Positions 13,601 to 26,703 of a DNA stretch of 64,000 bases are shown here, one piece after another; position 1 is the stretch's first letter, and every line of letters begins with the position of its first letter. Source of the stretch: Malacoraja senta (lineage: Eukaryota); contig JAXLNO010000261.1 of assembly GCA_038087875.1 (NCBI GenBank), forward strand, positions 1-64,000, written 5' to 3'. The notes below the pieces were generated by a model that saw only the letters and a list, made by a program, of their open reading frames with translations, ran no database searches and was not told the DNA's origin. The position numbers and the translations under genes were made by a program.

Positions 13601-13857
13601 TTGAGAGATAGAGCATGGAAAGAGGCCTTTCGGCCCACCGAGTCCATGCCAACTAATAATCACCCATACACTAGTTCTATCCTACACACTGGGGACAATT
13701 TACTGAGGCTAATTAACCTACAAACTTGTACATCTTTGAAGTGTGGGAGGAAACCGGAGCACCCAGAGAAGGTACAAACTCTGTACAGACAGCACCCATA
13801 ATTAGGATCGAACCCAGGTCACTGGCTTGTAAGGCGTCAACTCTACCACTGTGCCAC
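13601..13857 (-). mobile_element. tRNA-derived SINE (HE1-like)
   Basis: Reverse complement has A/B-box-like head (gtggcacagtggtagag..gggttcgatcc), conserved core (ttcctcccacac, gttaattagc) and CR1-type tail (gggccgaaaggcc). Confidence 0.8.
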
Positions 13858-14209
13858 TCAATTCACTATCTGAGACTGAACCTGACCACACAAGACCTTT
13901 GGGGTCATTTTTGTGTGGAGCTTCCTACCCCATATCTCTTCCATTATTAAGACTGCTTTCTGTAACCATGCCTTTCATTAAATCATCAAGAAATGAAAGA
14001 GGGATAAGAGCCAAACTAGTGTAGTTGGAGTATCTTGTTCGGCATGGGCAAATTAAACTGAATCTGTTTCTGTTTCCTCTCTCCATCATTCCCTTCGACA
14101 TCTGTGCTTTGCTTTCAGTTCATAATTAGCTCTGCTCCAGCAATTCACCAACCTTATTGTTAAATATTTCCTTGGCTTTATTATTCCGTCTTTTTCCCGT
14201 ATTCCAGCC

Positions 14210-14705
14210 CAAGTTATATAGCATGGAAAAAAGCCCCTTTGACACAACTCGTTCATGTCCACCAAGATGTCCTGTCTAAGTTAGTCCCATTTGACCACAT
14301 TTTGGCCCATATCCCTCCAATTCGTTCCTGTCTATAAACCTGTCCAAGTGCATTATTACACATGTCCTTTTATCCAGGTGCTCTTGGTTTCCTCCCACAT
14401 TCCAAAGACGTGCAGATTTGTACATTAATTGGCTTCTGTAAATTGCCCCTAGTGTAAAGGATGTATCGGATGCAAACGGAATAACGGAGCTAGTGCATGG
14501 GTGATCGTTGGTATTGGATGGACAAGGTGGGCCGAAGGGCCTTCTTCCACCCTGTATCTCTGAAAAAACTGCTGTTAAAGTACCCACCTCAATTACCTAC
14601 TTTGGCAGCTCATTCCATATACCCACCATCCTCTGAAAAGTTTGCCCCTCATGTTCCTATTCAATCCTGTCCCTCTCACATTAAACATATGTCCTCTGGT
14701 TCATG
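14210..14705. mobile_element. CR1 3' fragment (-) with a nested partial SINE (+, ~14377-14561)
   Basis: SINE core 'ggtttcctcccacattccaaagacgtgc' and tail 'ggtgggccgaagggcc' flanked by antisense CR1 tail text. Confidence 0.6.
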
Positions 14706-15608
14706 ATTTCCCAAATCTTGCATGAATTTCAAACGGGTGAGGAACAATTTCAAGTCTTCAGTTAATCATTTTATGTGAGATGAGTAGAAAACAAATGACT
14801 AACTGCTGATAAAACCAGTTTTCCCATAAAAATCTAATATATTTCAGATTTAAAATGAATCATTCCTGTTATATCAATTTGAAATATTAATTAATGATTG
14901 CTTTCTACAAGGTATAAGTGATCACTTTATTTAAACTATTAAAATTCAAGATTTATTTTCAATTATATAGATTAAAATTCTCTTTGCTATTTCCAGAAGA
15001 AAACATCACACTTGAAGTGTACCAGGTTTTGTTTCTCCTGAATTAAATTTATATTCCCCAGCCCTCTTCTGAACTTTTTCCACAATATTATCTTTTGCTT
15101 TATCTCTGGCTATTGTAACTCAGTGACATCAGATTCCAGATTTTTCTCCCCAAATTAGGGCCTTGGTGCCCCATGTAAATGCTGACCATCAAATACCTAT
15201 CAATATCAATCCCATTTATCTGCACTTGTTGTCAAGGGCCTTTTATGTCTTGGCAGTTTAAGTACTCGTCTAGAGAGTTCTTTAGTGTTGAGAACACCTG
15301 CAATTCACAGCTCACCGCTTCAGTACATTCCAGATTTCAAGAATTCCTGAATCAGAGAGTCATACAACACAGAAAAAGGTCCTTTGGACAAAACCCATCA
15401 ATTCCAAACAACATGCCCCATCTACGCTGGTCTCATTGGCCCGTGTTTAGCCCATTCCTTTCCATGTACCTGCCCGTCACTATCAACAGCATCACCAATT
15501 TTTATATTATCTGTAAACTTATCAATTATAACAACATACGATCATATTCAATTTATCTGTGTATCTAAGAAACAGAAAGGTTCCTAGCACCAAATTCCCA
15601 TGTATACT

Positions 15609-16224
15609 TGTAATTAGGATTCAAAGATTCAGATCAATGAATGGAGGAAGCTCATGGTGAAGATCACAAATAATTGTTTATTAAAGCAAACACAAGTAAA
15701 ACACAAGTAGAAACACTAAAGTAGAAACAAGTAGAAATCAATAAAGTAACAATACAAAATAACAGGTCTCACGCCCCTCCGCGTATTTGAGTGTCCTGTC
15801 TACACCGGCTGGCACCGGCACACACTACGGTCCAAGCTCTTCCTCTCTCTCTCCTTGGTGAAGCTCTTTTCTCTCCCCGAAGATGAAGCTCATGCTCTCA
15901 TGGTAGAAGCATGTATTTATATATTAATTTTTATCTCTAAGAACAACAGGTAATTATGTGTCAATCTAGCTATCCTCCTTGGTACCATAATGGCATGTGT
16001 TATGTGTCCTATCAGACACCGAGCTAGTCTCGGATGGCTCTGGGAAAGCAAAGCTTATCTTAGTGACCTCGCAGGTGTCCTAATCTACTGGTCCCTTTGA
16101 ATTACCTCAAGCATTCTTCGAAAACATCTACTTATTTTCCTAAGCAGGGTTTGAAATGTGGTGCTGCTAATTTAGCTGACAACTCAATTTTAGCTCACAT
16201 AGCCTGTTTATCCCTTACATTATA
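15609..16224 (-). mobile_element. Solo LTR (~616 bp), family unassigned, inserted in a decayed CR1
   Basis: Ends TGTAAT...ATTATA (one mismatch from ATTACA). 5-bp TSD ATACT at 15604-15608 and 16225-16229. Minus-strand TATA (~15915) upstream of AATAAA (~15680). Confidence 0.75.
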
Positions 16225-17471
16225 ATACTTCTGGACACAGGCTCAACAGTAACAGCAGGACCATCTGCCTCCTACTACCAAGCCTGTTTTGGATCTGATT
16301 TGCCAACCTTGCCTTGGAGTCCATGGATTCTAACCTATTCAACCAGTTTCCCTTATGTGACTGTCAAAGGTTTTAATGTAGATGCATTAACCACAATGCA
16401 CCCATCAATACATTTTGTGACTTCAAACAGTTCAATTAAATGGATCAAGTAGGATCTCTCCCAAACTTAGCCATGCCAGCCATCATTGATTTGTCCCTGC
16501 TTTTATACGTGTAAATCAATCATGCCTTTCAGATTTTTTTCTGTTAAATTGCTTATCACTGATGTTAGACTCACATGTTTATAATGTACCTAGCTTATTC
16601 CCGTAACCCTCCTGAATTGCTCAGCTTCTTTAAGCTCTAAAATTGTTCATTAAATCCTCGCCACATTCTAATTTCTCTTTATGTAGCTTTGTGTTCCATT
16701 TTGTCTTGTAAAATTCCCATGGAGTAACAAGATATTTTACGACCTTAAACGGACTGAGTGAAAGTAAGTTTTAAAGAGACAAAATCATCAATGCTGAGAA
16801 AAGTTATTTATTATGTAATATTTATGGATACATTTATTCCTACAGCCTGCCAGAAATTGGATGGTTGGGTGGTTAAGATTAGATTACCTGCCTGAAGAAG
16901 ACTCCAGGATATGACTGAATGGAATTTTAACCTACCTTGTTATCACAAGCACACTCTCCAAATCCAAAGAGTCCCTCAATGAGACCTGAATGAAATATTC
17001 TAGGTGACTGGTGTGGGGTAGCCATTGAAGCCTATTGTCAGGTGACTTCAACAGAAAGAACATCTGAGGTTAGTAAAGGCACAGGCAGGTACATTTTGTT
17101 TGATTTCCATGGAAGTGAGAAGGAACTAACTGCAACTGCAATTAGTTACTCACAGTTTCAGTTTAGTTTATTGTCATGTGTACTGAGGTACAGTGAAAAG
17201 CTTTTTGTTGCATGCCAACCAGTCAGCAGAGAGACAATACACGATTACAATCAATTCATTTACAGTGTATAGATCCATGATAATGAGGTGTCCAGGCCAT
17301 TGATGTTCTATAATTTCCCACTATTTTCCTCCTTTTCATATCTGTCAACATCCATGGTAGGAAATTAATAGATAAACGGAAGTTTCTTTCAGAACTGATT
17401 TTCAGTAGCTGAGTTTGGCAACATATGCTGTCTCTCTGTTCCTTCCCACTTTTGGATTTGCATTCAGTGTA

Positions 17472-20330
17472 ACATAGAAACATAGAAACATAGAAATTAG
17501 GTGCAGGAGTAGGCCATTCGGCCCTTCGAGCCTGCACCGCCATTCAATATGATCATGGCTGATCATCCAACTCAGTATCCCGTACCTGCCTTCTCTCCAT
17601 ACCCTCTGATCCCTTTAGCCACAAGGGCCACATCTAGCTCCCTCTTAAATATAGCCAATGAACTGGCCTCGACTACCCTCTGTGGCAGAGAGTTCCAGAG
17701 ATTCACCACTCTCTGTGTGAAAAAAGTTCTTCTCATCTCGGTTTTAAAGGATTTCCCCCTTATCCTTAAGCTGTGACCCCTTGTCCTGGACTTCCCCAAC
17801 ATCGGGAGCAATCTTCCTGCATCTAGCCTGTCCAACCCCTTAAGAATTTTGTAAGTTTCTATAAGATCCCCTCTCAATCTCCTAAATTCTAGAGAGTATA
17901 AACCAAGTCTATCCAGTCTTTCTTCACAAGACAGTCCTGACATCCCAGGAATCAGTCTGGTGAACCTTCTCTGCACTCCCTCTATGGCAATAATGTCCTT
18001 CCTCAGATTTGGAGACCAAAACTGTACGCAATACTCCAGGTGTGGTCTCACCAAGACCCTGTACAACTGCAGTAGAACCTCCCTGCTCCTATACTCAAAT
18101 CCTTTTGCTATGAAAGCTAACATACCATTCGCTTTCTTCACTGCCTGCTGCACCTGCATGCCTACTTTCAATGACTGGTGTACCATGACACCCAAGTCTC
18201 GCTGCATCTCCCCTTTTCCTAGTCGGCCACCATTTAGAAAATAGTCTGCTTTCCTGTTTTTGCCACCAAAATGGATAACCTCACATTTATCCACATTATA
18301 CAGCATCTGCCAAACATTTGCCCACTCACCCAGCCTATCCAAGTCACCTTGCAGTCTCCTAGCATCCTCCTCACAGCTAACACTGCCCCCAGCTTAGTAT
18401 CATCCGCAAACTTGGAGATATTGCCTTCAATTCCCTCATCCAGGTCATTAATATATATTGTAAATAGCTGGGGTCCCAGCACTGAGCCTTGCGGTACCCC
18501 ACTAGTCACTGCCTGCCATTGTGAAAAGGACCCGTTTACTCCTACTCTTTGCTTCCTGTTTGCCAGCCAGTTCTCTAACCACATCAATACTGAACCCCCA
18601 ATGCCATGTGCTTTAAGTTTGTATACTAATCTCTTATGTGGGACCTTGTCGAAAGCCTTCTGGAAGTCCAGATACACCACATCCACTGGTTCTCCCCTAT
18701 CCACGCTACTAGTTACATCCTCGAAAAATTCTATAAGATTCGTCAGACATGATTTACCTTTCGTAAATCCATGCTGACTTTGTCCAATGATTTCACCACT
18801 TTCCAAATGTGCTGCTATCCCATCTTTAATAACTGACTCTAGCAGTTTCCCCACTACCGATGTTAGACTAACTGGTCTGTAATTCCCCGTTTTCTCTCTC
18901 CCTCCCTTCTTAAAAAGTGGGGTTACGTTTGCTACCCGCCAATCCTCAGGAACTACTCCAGAATCTAAAGAATTTTGAAAGATTATTACTAATGCATCCA
19001 CTATTTCTGGGGCTACTTCCTTAAGTACTCTGGGATGCAGCCTATCTGGCCCTGGGGATTTATCGGCCTTTAATCCATTCAATTTACCCAAAACCACTTC
19101 CCGACTAACCTGGATTTCACTCAATTCCTCCAACTCCTTTGACCCGCGGTCCCCTGCTATTTCCGGCAGATTATTTATGTCTTCCTTAGTGAAGACGGAA
19201 CCAAAGTAGTTATTCAATTGGTCCGCCATATCCTTGTTCCCCATGATCAACTCACCTGTTTCTGACTGCAAGGGACCTACATTTGTTTTAACTAATCTCT
19301 TTCTTTTTACATATTTATAAAAACTTTTGCAGTCAGTTTTTATGTTCCCTGCCAGTTTTCTTTCATAATCTATTTTTCCTTTCCTAATTAAGCCCTTTGT
19401 CCTCCTCTGCTGGTCTCTGAATTTCTCCCAGTCCTCTGGTATGCTGCTTTTTCTGGCTAATTTGTACGCATCATCTTTCGCTTTGATACCATCCCTGATT
19501 TCCCTTGTTATCCACGGATGCACTACCTTCCCTGATTTATTCTTTTGCCAAACTGGGATGAACAATTTTTGTAGTTCATCCATGCAGTCTTTAAATGTCT
19601 TCCATTGCATGTCCACCGTCAACCCTTTTAGAATTAATTGCCAGTCAATCATGGCCAATTCATGTCTCATACCCTCAAAGTTACCTTTCTTTAAGTTCAG
19701 AACTATTGTTTCTGAATTAACAATGTCACTCTCCATCCTAATGAAGAACTCAACCATATTATGGTCACTCTTGCCCAAGGGGGCACGTACAACAAGACTG
19801 CTAACTAACCCTTCCTCATTACTCAATACCCAGTCTAAAATAGCCTGCTCTCTCGTTGGTTCCTCTACATGTTGATTTAGATAACTATCCCGCATACATT
19901 CCAAGAAATCCTCTTCCTCAGCACCCCTGCCAATTTGATTCACCCAATCTATATGTAGATTGAAGTCACCCATTATAACTGTTTTGCCTTTGTCGCACGC
20001 ATTTCTAATTTCCTGTTTGATACCATCTCCAACTTCACTACTACTGTTAGGTGGCCTGTACACAACACCCACCAGCGTTTTCTGCCCCTTAGTGTTTCGC
20101 AGCTCTACCCATACCGATTCCACATCCTCGAACCTAATGTCCTTCCTTTCCATTGCGTTAATCTCCTCTCTAATCATCAATGCTACCCCACCTCCTTTTC
20201 CTTTCTCTCTATCCCTCCTGAATATTGAATATCCCTGGATGTTCAGCTCCCAGCCTTGGTCACCCTGGAGCCATGTCTCCGTGATCCCAACTATATCATA
20301 GTCATTAATAGCTATATCATAGTCATTAAT
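17472..20330 (-). mobile_element. Young CR1 LINE, 5'-truncated within the EN domain
   Basis: (TTTCTATG)n tail at 17472-17496. TSD AGTGTA at 17466-17471 and 20331-20336. ORF2 open except for one frameshift. Confidence 0.95.
17572..20330 (-). pseudogene. CR1 ORF2 (EN+RT), single 1-nt deletion at 18386-18390
   Basis: ORFs 18234..20339 (701 aa) and 17572..18342 (256 aa) join if the G5 run after KFADDTKL is G6, as in the paralogue at ~11922. Confidence 0.92.
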
Positions 20331-21029
20331 AGTGTACACTCCCTTACCTTGTTTCTCCTCACAAAATGTAGCTCCTCTGCATTAAATTGCATGGGCTACC
20401 TGCCTGTGCACTAATCTGCCCACATCTACTCTAAAGCATTTGGTACTTGCCAGATAACTGTCAATGTCAATGATTTAGAAATGCGTAAGTAGCTCCATTC
20501 CTAACATGTCACGAGGAAACAATGGTTTGCTACTTCTGCTATCAAATCTTAAGAAACCAGAGCCTTGTAAAGAGCTGGCGCTTTGACTTAATGCTGTTAA
20601 CAAAATAGGGTTCTTGGACCAAGGGAACAGGAAATTGGTCACGCTAAAAAAATCATGAACATTCTGCAGAGCAGAATAAAGTCCCATTGCACTGAGCTGT
20701 CAACTAATATTTCTTACAGCCCTTTAACATACTGAATCTCTACTCTATAATGTCACATTGCCAATAGGCATGGGGAAACATTGTTTTCAGCGAAGGAAAG
20801 CTTCAGATAAAATTTCAGAGCTGCCAAGGGTGTTTTAGAAAACATAGCAGAATAAAGGACTTGACTATATAAAAATGGATCAATTACTCTAACAAATGCG
20901 TGCTATATCGTAAGGTTTCTAAACGGCTTTTGCACAGTACTTTTCCTCTAGCAATTGACATCTGAAGATTGTTTAAAATTGCATTTACCATTGCGACTAA
21001 TGAACCAGGAAGAAAGCTGGAAAAAGGGG

Positions 21030-21970
21030 AATAGATAGGATGAATGCACAGAGTATTTTACCCAGAAGAGGGAATCAAGGACCAGAGGACATAGGTTTAA
21101 GGTGAGAGGGGAAAGATTTAATAGGCACCAACGGCACCATTTTCCACTCTAAGGGTGGTGGGTATATAGAGGAGGTAGTTGAGGCTGGTACTATAACAAT
21201 GTTTAAAAGACATTTAGACAGGTACATGGATAGGAAAGGTTTAGGGGGATATAGGTCAAATGTGAGCAGGTGGGACTAGCGAAGATAGAGCATCTTGGTC
21301 AGCATGGGCAAGTTGGGCCGAAGGGTCCGTTTTCGTATTGTATGGGTCTATGATTCTATGACTTGAGGATGGTTCATATTTTGTCTTTATTTAAGAAGGG
21401 TTATAAGGACAAGGTCAGGTATTGCTATCCGATGAGCTGAACATTAGTGGTGGGAAAGTTACTGAAGGGGATTCTGAGAGAAAGGATTTATTTACATTTG
21501 GAAAGGCAAGGACTGGTTAGTGAGTCAGCTTGGCTTTGTGCATTGAAAATGATTTCTTGCTAATTTTACTGAGTTTTTGAAAAAGAGAGCATGAAGGCTG
21601 ATGAGACCAGTGCATTAGATGTTGTCTACATAGACTTTAGTGTGACCTTTGACAAGGTCGGGTGGTCTGGAAAATGAGAACACATGGGATACAGAATAAG
21701 CTAGTGAATTGGATGCAAAATTGACATAACGATAGAAGGCTGTGTGTGGTGGAGGAGAGGTGTTTCTCAGAGTGGACGCCTGAGACCAGTTTTGTGTTAA
21801 AGGGATTGGTGCTCTGATGCCTGTTATTTGTCATAGAAATCAATGATTGGATAAGAATCTTGGAGGCATGATTAGTAATTTGGCACATTATGCCAAAATT
21901 GATGGTGTAGTGGTCAGTGAAGAAGTTTGTCTAAGGTCACAATGAAATCCAGATCAATTGAGGAAAGTAC
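21030..21970 (+). mobile_element. Decayed CR1/HER1 fragments (3' end 21030-21362; RT piece 21363-21970)
   Basis: 3' end text with (ctatga)n tail, followed by degenerate RT-coding text (PLFKKG, DFS..FDK equivalents). Confidence 0.7.
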
Positions 21971-23093
21971 ACAGACTCTAACTCAAGATAGTGCTGCATC
22001 ACTCCATAACTCTAATGTCAGGGTGATGTTTAATGTCTACAAAGGCCAACAATGCCAGGGGCTCCAAAAAGTCCAAAGAGATACTGAATAAAACAAAGCA
22101 GCCATAAGGACCATAGAAAGATAGTTTCTGTAGAACATATGTAGACTGTATCTGAGTCATCTCCATTTTAAAGACCTCTCATTGTCCATTGTTGAACTAC
22201 AATTTTGCCATCATGTCTTTGATTCCAAATTTCAAATGCCTGGGGCAGATTGCATCTCATCCCATAAAATTGGTCATGTTCCAGATGAGTGATCTATATC
22301 ATTTTCCATAGCTGTTCCATGATAGTTGCCATGAACGGCGCATCACAAATATTTCCTTTCTGATTGTTGAACCATTTGGTCGGACTCATTCCCCAGAACA
22401 AAGTCCAACAATCCCTACTTGCTCATTCAACCAGAAATTTGCCGGCTAGCAAATGTTTTTGTGGACGCGGATGTCAGATTAATACTTGCCCTTTGAATTC
22501 AGGGGCATTGTTAACTCATGTGTTCTCAAGATCCTTGAGAATCCTTGTTAATATGGTCTTAAAACATGTTTTAAAGGTGAAGCACAATGTTTGAGCAAAA
22601 TAAACTAAGAGATCTCTTGAGCTTCAAGGATTTTCGAAAGACAAAGATTGCGGAGTAGGGAAAACTGCAAAATGCTGTGTCAGGAGGAGAATTACAGGCT
22701 ACTAATGAACAACAGCTTTAGAATCCATAGCATATGATACGGAAATGGATTTTGGGAGGAACGCAAGAAATTGAAGTTCTTTTGTTCCTTGACCTGTTAG
22801 AAAGATGCTAAGGTGTGTTGAGAAACAGAGAACTTGAGAAGTTTCAGAATATTGCACTATAGGTTTGATTGTACAACATGTACTTCTTGGTGTCAGTCAA
22901 TCCATTGAGCCCAAATGTTGCTACTCCTGAACTCGCATTCATAAAATCTAGGAGCTAAACACTGCAAGGTTCACCCTATTATTGCCAGTCCATTGATCTC
23001 TCCAGTCATCAATCACTTTTCCCAATCCCAAGACTTGATCTCAGCCCCTCTAGGCACAAGATTCAAATTCTTCCTCCCTGGACTCAGGGTTGA

Positions 23094-23490
23094 TCAAGAT
23101 TTCAAAGTCAAGGTCAGTTTATTGTTACATGTACCAATTAAGGTACAGTGAAATTTGAGTTACCATACAGCCATACTAAATGAAAAGCAAGGCTCACAGC
23201 CACATGAAATACAAGTTAATATAAACATCCACCACAGCGGCTCCCCACATCCCTCACTGTGATGGAAGGTAATAAAGTCCAAACTTCTCCCTGTTTATTC
23301 TCCCACGGTCTGCGCTGTCGAACCATCCGCAGTTGGGGTGATCAAAGCTCCCACAGCCAGCGAAGCCCTTGCATTGGGGTGATTGAAAGTCCCGCGTTGG
23401 GATGGTTGAAACTCTCCGTGGTTTGGAGCTCCCGAATCGGTCTCTAAACAGGGACCGTGGGCCCCATGATGTTAAAGTCCACAGGCCCGC
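23094..23490 (-). mobile_element. LINE-type non-coding 3' end, related to 59965-60760
   Basis: Shares 'aacatccaccacag..cacat.cctcactgtgatggaagg' with ~60101-60150. Short-repeat tail and AATAAA on the minus strand. Confidence 0.6.
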
Positions 23491-23583
23491 GGTTCACCCA
23501 CCCTCCTTGCAAATCCCCACCATTCCCCCATTCCACCCATCATATTCCTACCCTTAACAATAGCTTCCTCCCATGATCAGCAT

Positions 23584-23893
23584 GGGCAGCACAGTGGCAC
23601 AATGGTAGAGTTACTGCCTTACAGCACCAGAGAAGTGAGCTCGATCTTGACTGTGGGTGCCGTACATCCGGAATTTGTATGTTGTCCCCGTGACCACAAG
23701 GGTTTTCTCCGGGAGCACTGGTTTCTTCCCACATTCTAAAGACATACAAATTTGTAGGTTAATTGGCTTCGGTAAAATTGTAAAATTGTCCCTAGTGTGT
23801 AGGATAGTGCTAATGTACGGGCATAGCTGCTCGCCGTGGACTTTGTGGGCCAAAGGGCCTGTTTCCACACTGCATCTCTAAATTAAACCAAAC
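23584..23893 (+). mobile_element. tRNA-derived SINE (HE1-like), full length
   Basis: Head gggcagcacagtggcacaatggtagag, degenerate B-box, conserved core, tail gggccaaagggcctgtttcc..ctctaaattaaac. Confidence 0.85.
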
Positions 23894-24367
23894 ACCACTT
23901 GCCTCAGATATTAATTCACCTCTGGCTATCTATCCTGGGCCAGTCATTCTTTTTGTTCACTTTTCCAAACAGTGCTACCTTTCATGATGTCATTCAACCA
24001 AAGTTGATAATAATGCAATCACAACACCTTACATGGATAGGCCAGGTTTGGAGGGATCTGGACCAAACACGGGCAGGTGTGACTAGTGTAGCTGGGACAT
24101 GTTGACTGATGTGGGCAAGTTGGGCCGAAGGGCCTGTTTCCACACTATCACTATATGACTCTGTGACCTCTTAAAGGAAATTTAAAAAAACTGCAGATCC
24201 TGGAAATCTGAAACAAAAAGTCAAAACTCTGATAGAACGATAGTGTACCAATTGCAGATGACTGAATTAATTTACATATTCACCATACATATTAATATGC
24301 CTGACTCTAGCTGAGGTCAATAAAGGTGTCCCCTTAGATTCACCTAAAAATACCCCAGGGGTTTGGA

Positions 24368-24748
24368 AAGACGCAAAATGTTGGAGTAACTCAGCGGGTC
24401 AGGCAGCATCCCGGGAGAACATGGATAGGTGATCTTTCTGGTTGGGACCCAAACCAAAACGTCAACCCATGCTGCCTCCCCCACTGAGTTACTCCAGCAT
24501 TTTGTGTCTTTCCTTGGTAAACCAGCATCTGCAGTTCCTAGTTTCTACATTTTGTCTGCTTTACTGCAACCCCCCCTCAAGGTATGCCTACTTGGAAGAA
24601 GTTCTCCCCCTCTCTCCGTTAGAGAAGGATCCCAAACCAAAATGTCACCTATCCATGTTGGCCAGGGATGCTGCCTGGCCCGTTAAGTTACTCCAGCAAT
24701 TTGTGCCTTTCCTTGCTGAACCAGCGTCTGCAGTTCTCCCTTTCTACA
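24368..24748. mobile_element. Cluster of three Penelope-like short repeats: one inverted (24368-24450), two direct (~24446-24549, ~24620-24748)
   Basis: Shared text 'gatgctgcc..ctgagttactccagcattttgtgtc..ccagcatctgcagttc'. Hammerhead region degenerate (ccaaaacgtca, ccaaaatgtcacc). Confidence 0.65.
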
Positions 24749-25814
24749 GGGATTTGATGTTTGTGAAATTGTAAATTTCTGACCACACAAGTACCTGTGG
24801 AACTTGGTCGCTCCAGACACAAAAGTTAAACCTTCAGCTGCTTCTGAATATTCTTTATTTTCTTTAAAATGCGACCTTGAAGCAAAACCAGTCAGTTGCT
24901 CACCTCCATCCTCTATACAATGTGACAAAACAGCATCAATGCCATTAGACGATGCAAAGCAGAGCAAGAATAATGACTTCTCTGAATCATAATAATCAAG
25001 AAACTGTAAACTCAGCAGTAAATTCTTTGACTCTTTTTGTTTCTATATCATTCCCACTTTGTATTGTGACTCAGCAACTTGTGTCGAGATGGTAAGAAAT
25101 GCCATTGTCATTGAGAAGTGCTATGCAGGCCTTCAGTTTTGTCCAATTGGTTACAATGGGTGCTCTAGCACTGTCCTCAACTGTGTAAATTCCTTCAGCA
25201 TCTATTTTAGGACTGTCAAATACTACTTTGGAGGCAGTAAAGATAGATTTGTCATTTATGAACTGTACACCTGTTTTTTTTTAATTGCCGATATACATCT
25301 CAGAGATTCTCCTTGTGTTCTTGTTGTCTTCACAGACACCAAGATTTTGTCAACACGGCTTATAGCACATGACAGATGGATCAAAATAACTGTTGTTCTC
25401 TGGAAAATGTTAAGATCTGAAGCTACTTCAAATGAAAATCTGTTATATTGGAACTGTTCGATTTGAGTATTAATCATTGAGTACTCTTTTGAACCTCTGT
25501 CAGACTTGATTTGCTGGTAAGGGTTTAATGTGTCAAGGTTTATAAAGATCTGTCCTCCTCCTAGCTGAGCAAAACAAATCATCAATCAGAGATAAAAGAT
25601 GTCTGTCTACTTTTGCTTCTCTGTTGACTGTTATCTTATAAACTGCACAGATCTGAATGTTACAATCTGTCTTCACTCTTCTTATTTATTCAGTTTTTTG
25701 TGATCTAGGTATAACTGACAACATCAGCCTATTCCGAATTGCCATTAAGAAGGTAATGGCGGGTCATCTTCTTGAACCACTGCAGTCCTCCTGGTAAAGG
25801 TAGTCCCATGCTGC

Positions 25815-26090
25815 TTTAGACTTAGAGACACAGCATGGATACAGTCCTTTCGACCCTCCGTCCGTGCCAATCCGCGATCCCCCCACACACTAGCACTATC
25901 CTACACACTAGGGACGATTTACAATTTGCAGAAGGCTATTAACACCCAAACCTGTATGTCATTGGAGTGTGGGAAGAAATCGGAGCATCCGGAGAAAACC
26001 CACGCAGTCACAGGGAGAACATACAAACTCTGTATGGAGAGCACCAGTAGTCAGGTCTCTGGTCCTGTAAGGCAGCAACTCTACGGCTGC
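25815..26090 (-). mobile_element. tRNA-derived SINE (HE1-like)
   Basis: Antisense SINE core 'tggagtgtgggaagaaatcggag..gaaaacccacgcagtcacagggagaac' and tail. Confidence 0.8.
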
Positions 26091-26703
26091 TAATAGGTAG
26101 GGAGTTCCAAGAGTTAGGCTCAGTGACGATGGCCCTGTAATACATTTCAAAATTGGAATGGTGACTACTTGGTGGGAACATGCAGGCGGTAGTATTCCCC
26201 TGCACTTGCTGCCCCTGACCTTCCAAGTGAGAGGGGCTGCCAATTCTGGAGGTGCTATTGAATTGTCTAGATAAGTAATGGCAGTACATTTTGAAGACAG
26301 AACACTACAACCACAATGATGAAGGGATTGTTCAGGGTGGTTGATGCAGTGCCAAGAAGTAGGCTGCTTTTATCCCAGATGCTAAGCTTAATGAGACTTG
26401 TTGGAAGGACATTCATTCGAGCAAGTAGAAAGTGTTGAAGCACTCTCCTGACGTGCCTTATAGATGAGGAAATGCTTTGGATGTCAAAAAAGGAATCACT
26501 TGCCCTTGCTACTTAGCTAACCTCTAACCTGCAGTTGTAACCACAGATATTATGTGGCTGATCTGGTTGAGTATCTGGTCAATAGTGACCTGGATATTAA
26601 TAGTGATTAATTGATAATGGCATGGATGTGGTATGGATATTATTTGTCACTTATCAGCCTACACTCGAGTATTCTGCCGGTCTTGCTGTGAAGAGCAGGC
26701 TTA

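Noticed and set aside
9871..20301. Many antisense ORFs of 60-170 aa repeated across CR1 and L1 copies
   Set aside because: Shadow frames of ORF2; their recurrence follows from nucleotide identity between copies.
23584..23660. tRNA-like sequence (also at 29031, 38924, 46476)
   Set aside because: SINE heads followed by SINE core and LINE-derived tail; no complete cloverleaf.
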